DNA of 64,000 nt. Source: Tubiluchus corallicola. Its lineage: Eukaryota > Animalia > Priapulida. Numbering within the stretch: position 1 is the stretch's first letter; each line of letters starts with the position of its first letter. Under the pieces are notes generated by a model. It was given only the letters and a program-made list of their open reading frames with translations. It searched no databases and was not told where the DNA came from. The translations under genes were made by a program, and so were the position numbers. This document shows positions 13,601-25,879 of this stretch, piece after piece. Location of the stretch: the NCBI GenBank assembly GCA_030141605.1, contig JAQGDQ010000542.1, positions 62,001 through 126,000 of the forward strand. Reading direction: 5' to 3'.

Positions 13601-16600
13601 ATCTTACGCTTACAAATTACTAGGAACGAACGAAAACAACTGCTTACCATAATGATGAAAATTCTTACCAAAATGATAAAAAGTCTTATCATAATGATGA
13701 AAATTCTTACCAAAATGATAAAAAGTCTTATCATAATGATGAAAATTCTTACCATAATGATGAACCGGCAATGGCTCACCCATTGATAATACCATAGAGA
13801 GAACCATAGCAGAATAACACAACCTCTTTATATCTGAAATAAACATGTCCATATATATAGTAGATAAATTCATAATGCAGCAGCAAATGACTGTTAGGCC
13901 AGCAATAAAAATATTCCTGTTTCCGTCTAATCGCACAAGTTATATTTTTTGTCACACAGTTAAGTTCATAATTTTATAATTTTTTTGTATATTCATACTT
14001 ACCTGACACAGTCATGTAAAAGTGTATATTTTGTATATGCTTTAGTAATTCATATACTTACCTGACACAGTCAGACAAAAGTGCATTTTTTAAATTTAAA
14101 ACGTAAAAAGCAATAGTTATTATAACACCGTTGTTTCGGTGAGGACACAGACGTGTTTTTCTATGGCTAACTCTTGGCCAGGGTTGCCATTTTGTATCAT
14201 GCTGATTATCATATTGGAGGCTAAAAAATATCTTATTTTCTGCCAAATCAGCATATTAACGGCCGAGTGTGTTGCTATTTATATCATAATTATCAGAACA
14301 TATGCTCATACCGTACAAAAAAGAAACTATATAATAATAAATAATAGTACAAGCTAGAAATGCGAAACAAAAAAACAGTGTGCATTTAAAAAAAATTAGA
14401 ACAGTACTTTTAACCAATAGGAAATAAACAAACTTTGATTTCAACTGATTTTAAATATTTCACAATTCAGCTTTAAACATTCACAAAGCTCAACAATGAC
14501 AATGTTAGAGCTTAAATCCTCCCTCCTACTGATGTCTTTTGGATTCATGAGATAACACAGAAACATTTTTTGTTGCCAGCCTTATATTGGTCAATATAAT
14601 TATATAAAAAGCTATTTGAGTGGTATCTATGGTAAACACATATATGTAAAATTGCATTAAAAATAAAAATCAATTCAATCTACAATTACAATAAAGTTTT
14701 ATTAATAAAATAAAATTAAAGCAATATTTAAAAGCCATGTCAAGAGCGTCAAGAAAAATATGACCAAAAATTTTAACTCTTTTGAATCTGTCTATCCCAA
14801 ACAAACAATATATGCCCCTTGATACGTAATTTCAATTCTTGCTTATCAGAATGCTAAAATGAAACCTTTTAAGCACAGTCTGCAAGAGTCTCTGCATCAA
14901 AGGTTTTGACAACTAGTTTACTCGGATTCAAAATGTTCGTTTCTGACAAAAAATTTGGAACGGCAAAATTTCTGTGAAAAGATTTCAGCAAAAAGGAACC
15001 TATAACTTAAGCTTTCCACAAAATGAATAAAATTGTATGGCAATGAATGCAACCTAAGTGTCCAAAATCTTGCAAATGGTGCAATGAAATATTATACAAG
15101 CAGTTTCGAAATTACATTTAAATATTTAAACACAATTTGGATAGCCAGTTAACATAGCGAAAGCTTTTCTAATGCACCGTCTTGTCAGAGTTAGTTAAAT
15201 TATTGAGGCGACTTTGCAACTTAAATTAAAAGTACACTATGTAATCCTTTTTCAGCAAGAAAAGATACTGATTAGATATTGATTAAAAAAAATATTGAAT
15301 AAGTATTAATTAAGTATCAATTGATACCTGATTTGTTGCTCTTCATGTCTCTTACAAGTTCTAGTGGAAGCACGGAGGTGAGTAAGATGGAGATAATCTT
15401 CTTGTCTAATTCACACAAAGCTCCAAACACTTGCAGCATCAGTATTCTTATTGACACTCGGCTTTCCTAAAACAACATTCTCAACAATAATTACAGCCTT
15501 CTTACAACTTGTCTAAATAGGTGTTTTTTACTATCAATTTGTACATGCTACAGCACAATGCAAGCCAGAATGCAGAACTCAGCGGGGGTCTATTTAATGA
15601 ATTGCTTGTGGCGTTACTGGAGCCCGACTCATTATTAAAGAAAAACCGGACGATTGTGTAGACATTAGTTCAAAATAAAGAATGCTCTAAAATATTGAAA
15701 ACTGCAATAGCTTATTTTAAATCAAAGCTTAGATTAAATAATAATTACTTAGGATACTGACATTTTGTTAAACTTTCAAAGCTATGCGCGGCTCAGGTGA
15801 ATCTACTAAGATTGGCAATGGCACTTTTTTGTCACGTGTGCGTGGCCGACAAACAGAAGACAGTACCGTAATAACCATGATCATGAACTGCAGTGCTAGT
15901 TTCATGACGTCATATGATGCAGAAGGCATTTTTGTGACATCATGCATTTAAGCAGTACTATAACACACCACAATGTGCTTGACGCACAAGGGAAAACGCC
16001 TGCCATTGCACAAACAGTGGTTAGTTTCTGACATAAACAAGAGCTGTGTTCGGTTGCCGTTAATTAACTTTCTAAGCTAATTATTCAAACATAAGGAACA
16101 ATTGTTAACTTTTATAGGCAACAAAATGTATATTTTGGACAGTATTTTTAAAATGAGATTGAGTCTAAACAATCGTCCGGCCTTCCTTTAAGATTTGTCA
16201 CTGAACAACCAGAAGTCTATATATATATATATCTGGTTTAAAGCAAAACCATATACATATCCTCTCATTATGAAAAAACACTTTTAAATATTAAAATATT
16301 TATGAGTGATGCTGCCAGGCTGCCAGGAACTATTATTGAATCCAAACGACCACATAACCCTCACGTAGAGCGTGTACCTAAAAGTTTGGCCGTGAACTCG
16401 TTGCTAATACATTTTGTTCAGCAAGTTCGAACGCTAAAACTATATTTCTTGCTATGTACAATAAGACAGACTCAACTATTACTCTAATAAAGCCAAAAAT
16501 TCGCTGTATTACTCTTATCAAACTGTGGTCAACTCTGGTCAGCAGTCTCGAAGGGACACCATGCAAAAAGCAACAAATGCAAGTTTATGGCGTATACGAT

Positions 16601-19600
16601 TATATAGAACTATACAAAAACACTGATATGAAATACAAGGGATTTAAATGTAAGTAAAAATGAGATTTGTTTTTAAATGACAAACATATCTATTTACTGA
16701 CAGTTACAGTCAACGTCGGATATAAGGGACACCTTGGGACTGAAAAAAACTGTCCCTTATATCCGAAGTTGAGTCAGACCGAGGGTGTATCTAGACCTGT
16801 ACTTTTCTGTACTTTTACCCATATTTTTATAGATTATTGCTATACATTCAGTGCAAACAGTGTGTAGGAAGCTCTTTCAGCGATGCAACATGTATGTGAC
16901 CACGGAAACCAAACTGTTCGAAGGACGAGTTTGCAAAAAGTTGAGGTTAAAAATCGATCAATTTCGCTTTGATCATAGGGTCCCTTATATGTGAGGTAAT
17001 TTACTTAGGTTTCTATTACGCAAGACCTGAAGATATCGTACCTTATAAACGAAGATTTTTACATATGAAAAACGTTACAAAGAATCGGGACCGGTGTTGG
17101 TGGTCCCTTATAAGCGAGTACCTTATACCCGAGGTTGACTGTATTTATTTTTGCTCCTTTCATACACTTTCTTCAGTGCTCATCCAATAAGTTTAACTCT
17201 GTACAATGATAAAGTATCTTTCTTATTCACAGCGGTTTATTTTAGCGTACATTTACCTGGTATACATAGTAGCGTGATTAGCAATTTAACAGCAATCAAT
17301 TACCGAATATTTGGACTGCTCACAAAACTTAACATCTAATTTCTGATTCGAGAGCAGACCTACCATCTGATAATACTGCACTAGATTGAGAATACACTCG
17401 TAACTGTCCCTGGTTATCACCATTCGGCATGTTGCTGGATTGGCATTTGTCTAAGAAAAAAATCAATAATTAGTACCGTGAAAGATTATAACCTCACGTT
17501 TACGTTTCTTGCTATAGTTTTTTCAGCTGCGACTGTTGCTAATCGATTACTTAATGCGATTATTTGAATTTTCAAATGCTTGTACACAGTTTTATGGCTG
17601 TCTTAATGGTTCTGTGATTGGTTAAAGCAACATGGTTGAGATGTTACTGTTTCAATGGACATGTTTTGAAAACTAACTTCTGAGCTTCCCTTTGGCTTAT
17701 TAACATAGTAACCTATAATTAAGATTGAAGCCCATCATTAAGACAGCAAATAAAACATACACAGATAGTATGAATAGAATGACTCTAAATGCAAAACTTG
17801 ACTAATTAAAGGCATTTCTCTAAACATAACTTTGATGTTTCAACTTCACTTCCTTAATATGGTTTCCGAAACATCATTGGTAAAACATAAACAAACACAG
17901 ATGCATCAGTGTTTTTTCTTTACACTTGGCAATTTTCCTAACAACACTTTATTGACTTTAGCTCTAAATGATTCTTAACAATAGAAATAAATAAAAATAT
18001 TTGCCCTGAGCTTAGCCAAAGTCTTTAAACAATTGCACCAGCTGACAGATGATGTCAGGCCACAGTGTCACCGCATTATAGTGTCTCAGCAACAAAACCT
18101 AATATGATTGCTCACCAAGATCCAAAATTTCTGTTTCCTGTGCTGTCCCTCGTTTATGTAATGTGCTTTCCGATGAGGTCAAAAACTCGTGTTTTTAAAT
18201 GTCAAATTAAAACACTCTTATTCTTAGAAGCTTTTTAACGTTTCGTTATACTAATATCTGTCTGGATGACGTACAAGTAAAGTTAGTCTTTTAAATTTAT
18301 ACATATCTGTTGTCTTTAAAATGCGGTTTCTAGATTTTTTGTGAATAATAAAAAAATTGTATGCCAAAGAGCAGTTTTAGGCATAAATCTGTAAAGTTAA
18401 GTATAAATTTCAGGCAATAACATTCTCATTACAGTAAGTTCTCGCTTAACGAGTCCCTATTTAGTGACGTTTCATTTTAACGATGCTCAACATCTAACAC
18501 TTTTTTCACATTTCATTTTAACGACAATTTTTTTACTTTGCCGAAAGCCAATTTTCATTTTATCAACAACTTTTTTTACTTAATTTGAAGCACTAAAATG
18601 GCATAATGCATAATTCTGTTTTAAAAGTGCATCAGTAATGTAAATAATGCAATTATTATACACATTTTTGCTTCTCGACTGACTACTATACCAACTGCCA
18701 TTCTTATCAAGGGAGACCTGTGAACAAACTTTGTGTATAGAAATTCTACCTGCAATCTGTTCCTATAACAACCAGAATACATAGTAAATGACACCACTCT
18801 AATATGGTAAAACTCCTAAAGTGGCCTCATGCAGCGCTTGACTTTGACTCCGCAGTGTTTATTGTTTAATGGCTGCCTAGGCTTAAACTTTAATGAAAGA
18901 GAAGCCACTAGCTAGATACATATTGGTAAGAAAGAAAGGTGGTTTCAAGCAAGCAGAAAGAAATTAATTAGCAGAAACCATAAAAAAACTCATAAAACGT
19001 TTAATTTTTTTCCAGTGGAACATATCTCAATTCTTTTACATTAGTTTCCATGGCAGTTTTGGTTTCGTTTGACTACGTTTAGCTTAACATCGCGTTTTGC
19101 TTGAACACATTAGCGTAGTTAAGCGAGGACTTACTGTATTATTTAATGTAATTCAAGGATCTTACCAAAATAGATAAGAGTTCCTCTAAGTACTCAAGAA
19201 TAACGGCCTCATCTTCATGCAGAGCCCAGCTTCTCTGTTGACTATCGTCTTTACAGTCTCTCAACTCGGAGAAAATCACCAGCAATCTCTTAGCGTCGTG
19301 CGTGTTCAAACCGTCATCACATTGAGTGTTAGTGACCACATCTAGCACCTTCTGCAGCTCGCCGGCTATTCCAGGCATGGCCTCGCCGACCCGAGACAAC
19401 ACCGTAACCACGGCGACCTTGGACTTCTCGTAACTCAGACTGGTGTTGACGCGCACTGACTCGATCAGGTTTGTGCCGAGAGACATGTGCGCATCCTCTT
19501 TTAACTTTATCAGTGACTTGTCGGGAGACATAGGCGACGTCGTATTATCTTTCGAGCAAATAAAATTCACTGTTTTCTTTGTCGATGATTTTAATGATTC

Positions 19601-21610
19601 ATCACTTGGGACGTTTTTTGTCTCGGGATGTCCAGATGTCGTTAACGGTTCGTCGATAATTTCCATATAGTCCGGTTCATAGACGTTATCATACGGTGAA
19701 TGTACCGTCTCCTTTCTGGTCGTCTCGGATGATCTGCTTTTATCTTCAGATTTGACCAAAGACGACAAGCGATTTGGAGGGGGAGGAGGAGCGGGCCTAG
19801 CTTTGTGAGGACGAATGGGAGGTTTGATTTCTCCTCCATTTGTAAAGGCAGTGTGCGAGGTTCGAGTGTGGGAGGACCGTTGAAGGGAAGGCGAATGTGC
19901 AGGTGGAGGCGGTGGAGCGTTTCTCTTCCGAGGTGACAGCTGAGTAGATGAGCTAACATCTTCGTAACCGAATCGTCGATCTGCAAGTTTTCTGAAATAT
20001 AAAAAACACCATTTTTAAAGATGAAATCGGAAGGTTCCCGACTTTTGATATAGCGACCTCATGTCTAATACTGACAACATAAAATGTGGGATTAAGAGGT
20101 GTCGTTGGTGAATTAACACTAAAACAAAAAAGGGAGGTCTACCTCTTACGAGAAAAACATTTGGGAAGCAGCAGAAGCACGTGGAAAAATGACAAAGCAC
20201 TAGAAAACTGTACTCTTATATCAACAATACTGAGATCATAAGAATTTACAAGTTTAGTAATTAATCAAATTTAAAATAATCCACTGCAAGCGGATCTTTT
20301 TAAATTTGTATAACTACTAAACGTTTTATCCCATTTTAACTTAAAATTACTCATTTTTTGGTATTTCTCATAACTGAAAACTGCACGAAGGTGCACATTT
20401 TCTTTTCCTTGCTGTTTGTCTTATATAAATACAATATTTAATTTCCAAACATAAGTTTAGACTCATTTTAATTTATTTCATTCATGTATCTTGTAACAGG
20501 GTAATGGTGCTTGTCACTGTATGTATATTCTTTAAAAAAAATTATATTTTGTAACTTTCTGCCGTGCTGTAATTCAACCCTTTGGTTGTAACAATGATGC
20601 CCAAACTGATATGTCCTAAGCCCTAATATTAATACCATTAAGAATACTTTTTGAACAAAGATGTTTAATTTTATTTTATGTTTGTTTTATATCGTAATGT
20701 ATCGATTTTTATTTTAGTATTAGAACTGACATTTGAATAATAGCATACTAAAATAAGATCTGATATGCACAGAACCTAAATGACGAATGCTTAAGTTCTA
20801 AAATTCAATTTATTTTCAATATAATAAACTAACAGAAGGTTTTGCTGTTGCTGTAAAGTATACTTTCCCCCGGCAGCCATTGCTGATAAATGGATTGCTT
20901 CAATAGCGCGGTCAACTGACAACAGTACGTCGTCACACGGTACCTAGAAAGTACATAACAAGTTAATTACTAGCTCACTAATTACTAAAAATACAAAAAT
21001 TATATTGTGATTAACACACTCACCTTACTTAAATGAAAAAATGATTATAATTATGCATGCTTCTATAGATAACTTAATAATGTAAATAAGGATGAAGTAA
21101 ATAATGTAATAATAGCAATGGTATAAGAGCAATGAAACTGAAAGTTGAGAAAGGAAAACATCATATGTAATTACGACTTTGAGTGAGCCTTAAAGAGTGA
21201 AAAAATTTTAATTACGAATTTGAATTATCTGATTATCTGTCAATGCACCAACATATATATATATATATGTGTGTATGTATATATACATACATACATACAC
21301 ACATGTACACACATACATATATACACTACACATATATACAATACATACACTCATGTATATAAACACACACACGCATGCACACATACACATATATGTACCC
21401 ATATTTAAATGGGGGAGAAAACAGTTTACTCTTCTTACTGACCTCATCTTTAGTAATGTAAGTCACAGGTACAAAACCTATTTTCCGTTCAGCATTTTGT
21501 ACTTGCCACCAATTCTGGTTAGAAGAATCCAAAATAACAAAACTTTCGCCTTCATTGAAGCTCAAACTTCTGGCATCATTTGCACGAAAATTATATAGCG
21601 CTTTGTACAT
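10498..21610 (-). CDS. NCKIPSD: NCK-interacting protein with SH3 domain (SPIN90/WISH/DIP), 9 coding exons, 667 aa
   Basis: Exons 21610-21443, 20943-20834, 19991-19166, 17450-17364, 15466-15328, 13833-13753, 13145-12924, 12201-12029, 10695-10498 join to 2004 nt. N-terminal SH3 (MYKALYNF..WW..GFVP), DRAIEAIH..GGKYT, proline-rich segment, DDSQQRSWALHEDE, LPLELVRDM, AFNLHF and YTNDAMVLIDIIVRQL motifs are typical of SPIN90. Confidence 0.95.
11033..11680 (+). repeat. Minisatellite, 57/59-bp unit, about 11 copies
   Basis: ggtttaactgtacaactcaaattactcaacagttacgtattcgtatcaactctagctac in tandem. Confidence 0.95.
12029..12201 (-). CDS. NCKIPSD: NCKIPSD exon 8
   Basis: ttccag|(D)DPVRIFNHKPKPQDSVLKFF..YTNDAMVLIDIIVRQLSDLPPGDK|gtatgg. 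Confidence 0.94.
12924..13145 (-). CDS. NCKIPSD: NCKIPSD exon 7
   Basis: tttcag|(E)HLNEEFISFLIDNIE..VILAFNLHF..TEKVMLLVNRG|gtgagt. Confidence 0.93.
13250..13571 (-). mobile_element. Partial inverted copy of the TTAA MITE family
   Basis: Reverse complement ttaa|aggaaaaccagacaattg..ttagttcaaaataa matches the left end of 15639-16187. Confidence 0.7.
13642..13762 (-). repeat. 21-bp exon-end/5' splice-site tandem array (6 units) at NCKIPSD exon 6
   Basis: catcattatg|gtaagaatttt and variants. Confidence 0.9.
13753..13833 (-). CDS. NCKIPSD: NCKIPSD exon 6
   Basis: tttcag|(D)IKRLCYSAMVLSMVLSMGEPLPVHHY|gtaaga; donor tandemly repeated downstream. Confidence 0.9.
15328..15466 (-). CDS. NCKIPSD: NCKIPSD exon 5
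   Basis: ttttag|ESRVSIRILMLQVFGALCELDKKIISILLTSVLPLELVRDMKSNKS|gtatca. Confidence 0.93.
15639..16187. mobile_element. Non-autonomous TIR element with TTAA TSD (Kolobok-like)
   Basis: ttaa|agaaaaaccggacgattgtgtagac ... gtctaaacaatcgtccggccttcct|ttaa; RR...YY termini with TTAA duplication. Confidence 0.8.
16707..17141. mobile_element. Tc1/mariner(pogo)-type MITE
   Basis: ta|cagtcaacgtcggatataagg ... ccttatacccgaggttgactg|ta TIRs with TA TSD. Confidence 0.82.
17364..17450 (-). CDS. NCKIPSD: NCKIPSD exon 4
   Basis: tcttag|TNANPATCRMVITRDSYECILNLVQYYQM|gtaggt. Confidence 0.92.
19166..19991 (-). CDS. NCKIPSD: NCKIPSD exon 3 (proline-rich region and start of helical domain)
   Basis: tttcag|KLADRR..APPPP..RPAPPPP..DDSQQRSWALHEDEAVILEYLEELLSIL|gtaaga. 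Confidence 0.93.
20834..20943 (-). CDS. NCKIPSD: NCKIPSD exon 2
   Basis: ttctag|VPCDDVLLSVDRAIEAIHLSAMAAGGKYTLQQQQNL|gttagt. Confidence 0.92.
21254..21395. repeat. Compound (TA)/(CA) microsatellite
   Basis: Direct inspection. Confidence 0.85.
21443..21610 (-). CDS. NCKIPSD: NCKIPSD coding exon 1 (SH3 domain)
   Basis: MYKALYNFRANDARSLSFNEGESF..WWQVQN..GFVPVTYITKDE|gtcagt; acceptor at 21626-21627 implies an upstream non-coding exon. Confidence 0.93.
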
Positions 21611-22490
21611 GTCTGTCAAGTCTTTCTAACAAATACAAAATGTAGTAAACTAGTGCCCAGTGAAAACCTTAAGTTATAACATTTTTCATCAACTTGAGAG
21701 CCCGGACAAATTTAACTGACAATCTTTTAATTGGGTCATGGTTATTTTCAAAGAACTTTGAAGATCTCCCATATTATTGATATAGTTTTTTCGTCCGCGA
21801 ATTTTTGGTTTTGAGTCTACACACAGAATGGTAGTTTAATAATTAAGAAATTATAAAGCAGTTTTTTAGCCATTGAATCTAATATTATGATACCAAGTAT
21901 CACGATGTAATATTGATTGTTTACCTATTGTTTTTAATGGGTGGCAGATTATTTCAAATAATTTTACCTTCAGACTTCTATTTACAGTCATTAGACATTA
22001 CTTATGCCACATAATAATGAAATGCTAGTCGAATGAAGTTACACGTTTTTAAATCAAACGAGCGGTCATTATTGACAAAACTGCGTAGCAGCAGTTGAAA
22101 AATGAATTTTAATTTTAATGCATTCTTATTTGACAATAGTGGCTATTTGCTAATTCTATTCAAAACTTCATTTATCTCCAATACTATATTCATAAGACAA
22201 TTACAACAAATTATGTAAAGCGTGTAGAGATGGGGTGACGAAAGACCAGGAGGTCATCGAATCAGTCACCCCTATATAACTTAAGAAGTGTAAAGGACTG
22301 CAGACGTGATAGTGGTATTTCGCTATTTTATAGCTTTGTTGGAACACCAAGATAAAGGATGTTTTATTAGAGGCCTCTTTTCTTAGTGTTCTTCAAAGAA
22401 GACACGTTTGTATCAAAAACAATAAAGTATTTCCATTTAAAGTCGCTTGTGTACTATTTAGTCACTTCATTTCTCTATCTGAAATCTTAA

Positions 22491-23712
22491 GAGCGCGTCC
22501 GCGAGAAGACCATGCAAAATCGAAAAATTCCGGCACAAGGCTAGGTAACCGATTCGGACCAAAGTTCGGGTATGAGGTCCACTAGTCACTAGTATTCACT
22601 GTGTGAATCTGCTTGGCCCAACTCCTCATAGTAGCAGAGGTACGGCATAAGCCGATTTTCATGAACAAATACCTATTTTTCTCTATTTTTTACTCATATT
22701 TGAAGGATTAGCCATGCAGCAACCACTGAGTTTGAATAGATCTGACTCTGCACAGTATTGGATCTTGTTATCTTCTCCAAAATGACTTTTCGACTTTTGT
22801 CCTAAACCCCCCTCTTTCGGCTCTACTGGGGGTCTTTAAGCTCACATTACGTGCAAGATGCAAATACTCAGTCATTTCAAAGTCTTATATCTCACCCACT
22901 GCGGGGGCGGGGACAAAAATATCGACATGTATGTGAATAGAGCATCCCATCCCACTATGCTGCAGTGACAATTTCGATGGAGCGAATTTCCATCCTATTG
23001 TAAATGACCCCTGAAAGAGGCATATATCAGGGTGAAAATATAGCTAACAACGTTCATCAAAAAGCTTCGTGTAGGTAAACATGAGTTGTCAAATCTTGTC
23101 AAAATACTTCAAAACATCATAAATATTCATCTTTGGCAACTAGGGGCCTGGCCAGCACATTGGTTAAACTACCGACAGGATTGGACTCCAGCATTCAAGA
23201 TGGCGCCCACTGCTGAAGTAAAATGTTCGTTTTCTGGGCTGTTTACCAGCGTTAAATGCGGCATTGTGACTAGTTATCCGCACGAAACGAATATTGTGAA
23301 TCTATTAGCCTGTACTAAAGACACTGGACCGCATTTAGAGCGCTTCCAATCTTAAAAAAATGAAATATCTACGGAATGGAAATATCTACGGAAGATTTTC
23401 ACTTTATCACTTTCCCCATGATATATTTGTCTATATTTCTGTATCTATCTTCTAGTGATAATCTACCTGCATCGATAATTCTTTCTCTATTATTTAGATA
23501 TTATGGTTTTGATTACTTGTACTACTCTTCAGTGATAGGATTATGCTGCTACAATAGGAACAGTATTTTGGACTTAGAGAAATTAATTCTGACTGAGTTT
23601 TGTAGTTTTTTCATTTTTGCACTGATATTCATAATCTTCTATGTATAGCCATGAAGCTTATTCATATAAAAAGTATAAAAAATGAACGGACGTATAAAAA
23701 TGAACGGATTTC

Positions 23713-23751
<39 letters not shown>

Positions 23752-24879
23752 AAGTGTTGTCAGATTCTTTCGCTAGCAATGACTCTCAATCTTGATAATC
23801 GGTACTTCTTTTCTATTAGAGGGCTTATTGTTTAGTCTTTCCTGGTATCCACTAGCGATTCAGTGTGTAGAGAATGCCCTGAATAAGGGTCGGACTCGGT
23901 ACTAGGGGCATGCATGATGTCCTGTCCAGAAATCCATCAGAAGAGGCAATTATTCATATTTGTAGTCATATGAAAATTCCGACATAACTAAACCAATTTA
24001 AGATGAAATTCGCAAATTTCTAGTAATTTCCATGGCAAAGGAATCTGTTGCTACTAGGAATGGAGAGCACTAGTCACAGAAAATGCAGGTTAAACGTGGC
24101 TAAATGTCTACTGTCATATACGACCTGAGCCAAGTATGTCTACTTTTTACACATGGACGGAAGTACTATGGAAAGTAAAAAAGTGTGTTGATATGGTAAT
24201 TTTTTCTAACAGTGCCCCTCTATATAATGTCATTCATGATATTATCTCAGCTCGTGCGTTTTCATGAAATTTAGAATACAGATTTGTCACTTATAATCCA
24301 GCACATAGATAGAAAAAATATTGAAAAACTACAAAAAAAGCGAATTTTGCTGATTTTTGTGAAATTGTAAAGTGCCAGTACTAAATACTCAAACAGGCTC
24401 CAGCGAATTTTCTTTTTTATATTATTAGTGAGGATGATGGTTAACACATACATGAAAACCAGAAGTTCTGTAGCCCCGCAGTGGGCGAGTTATGAGCCTT
24501 ACAACTTAACCTCTCCCTGGACTCTTAACAAAGAGCCGAATTTGAAAAATCCCGTTCTCTGATACTATTAATAGTATGTCAGAAAAAGTTAGGATATCAG
24601 AAGACAATGTCTGGGTCTATGTACCAGCCAACTTACATCGACCCATCTATAATAGTTTCTACAGGAGAAAAAGTTAAAATAACCCCCCAAAATAGCGATT
24701 TTTTGCCTCTTTTGAGGTCAATTTCTTGATGTGGTCATTTCTCTGCTAATAGTAGCTCGATCGATTTGATATCTTGGTTACATGGTTTTGGGGGGTCGCC
24801 CTTCATATTAGAAAAAAATGATATAAATTCGTCACCCCTCATGTGCCACCCTCTGCATGGTGCTCTCGCGGACTCCTTC
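22491..24879. mobile_element. 2.4-kb non-autonomous TIR element with TTAA TSD (Kolobok-like)
   Basis: ttaa|gagcgcgtccgcgagaagaccatgca ... tgcatggtgctctcgcggactccttc|ttaa; internal inverted motifs ctcacccactgcgggg (about 22890) and ccccgcagtgggcgag (about 24474); no transposase ORF. Confidence 0.75.
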
Positions 24880-25098
24880 TTAAATGTGTTGTTTAAGGAT
24901 GGCATAGCCTTAGCTTAACTCAGTATCTTTATAATGCTACAGAATAATTTTCACCACTTTGTACTAGATTGCAGCATAAATGACCATAAATTTTTTTGGT
25001 CATGACATTGTGGTGATTGTATTGTTTTTGTGTTTTGCATTGTATTGTATTGTGTGTATTTTGATATCTGGAAAGAGGTGCAGCAAGTTACATAAGTA

Positions 25099-25372
25099 CA
25101 GTAGGCGCCGCTTAATACACTCATTTTGGGACCGAAGTCTTTTGACCCAATTAACCGATGGGTGTAGCATTATTGGTATAGAAGTATGAGTCATCAGTTT
25201 AGCACTGCAAAGACTTTAATGAATTTTTGAAACGAAGTAATGCCTAAATTCCTTTGAGCAGTTGAAAAAAATTTTAAAAAATATTTTAGATATTAATTTA
25301 TATAAGTGAATTAGCAATAAATTAAAAAGTATACTTTTCTAAATCACACAAGTCTGTTTATTTGCAAAAATT
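25099..25372 (+). mobile_element. pogo/Tigger-like MITE left part; second copy at 58832-59110
   Basis: ta|cagtaggcgccgcttaata..gacccaattaaccgat..tatgagtcatca..tttctaaatcacac, shared between both copies. Confidence 0.7.
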
Positions 25373-25689
25373 ACTGTACCCGCATCAGTGGCTGTTAACT
25401 GATTAAGCGTGAAAGTGTGTTTTGCAATGAGACTTACAAAAGCAAACTGCTAGACAAGTGATTAAATGTTTGAATTCCAGAAATTCTTGGGTAACACAGT
25501 GGAAGAGCAACAGATTGAAAGCAAATCCACTAATTCAGAATTTATATATCCATGGCCATATTAATTAAATCATAATTTTTAATATTTGTGAATAGTTGTA
25601 AAGACGTTTTATTTTTATTCGTTATTTCTTTTCGTTATTGCACAGTGGCTTAGATTGCACTGATGCATTTGCCTTTAGCAGTGTAAGTT

Positions 25690-25705
25690 TACACACACAC
25701 ACACA

Positions 25706-25781
<76 letters not shown>

Positions 25782-25832
25782 TATTATATTATTATTATTA
25801 TATGTATATTATAAATATATATATATATAAAT
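25690..25832. repeat. (CA)n(TA)n microsatellite
   Basis: Direct inspection. Confidence 0.9.
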
Positions 25833-25879
25833 ATCAGTATTTAAATACAACATTAAGTCGTTAGTGTATTAGCGATACT

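Noticed and set aside
13995-14065. ATACTTACCTG (twice) as U1 snRNA genes
   Set aside because: Only the first 11 nt match and no U1 body follows; better explained as minus-strand donors.
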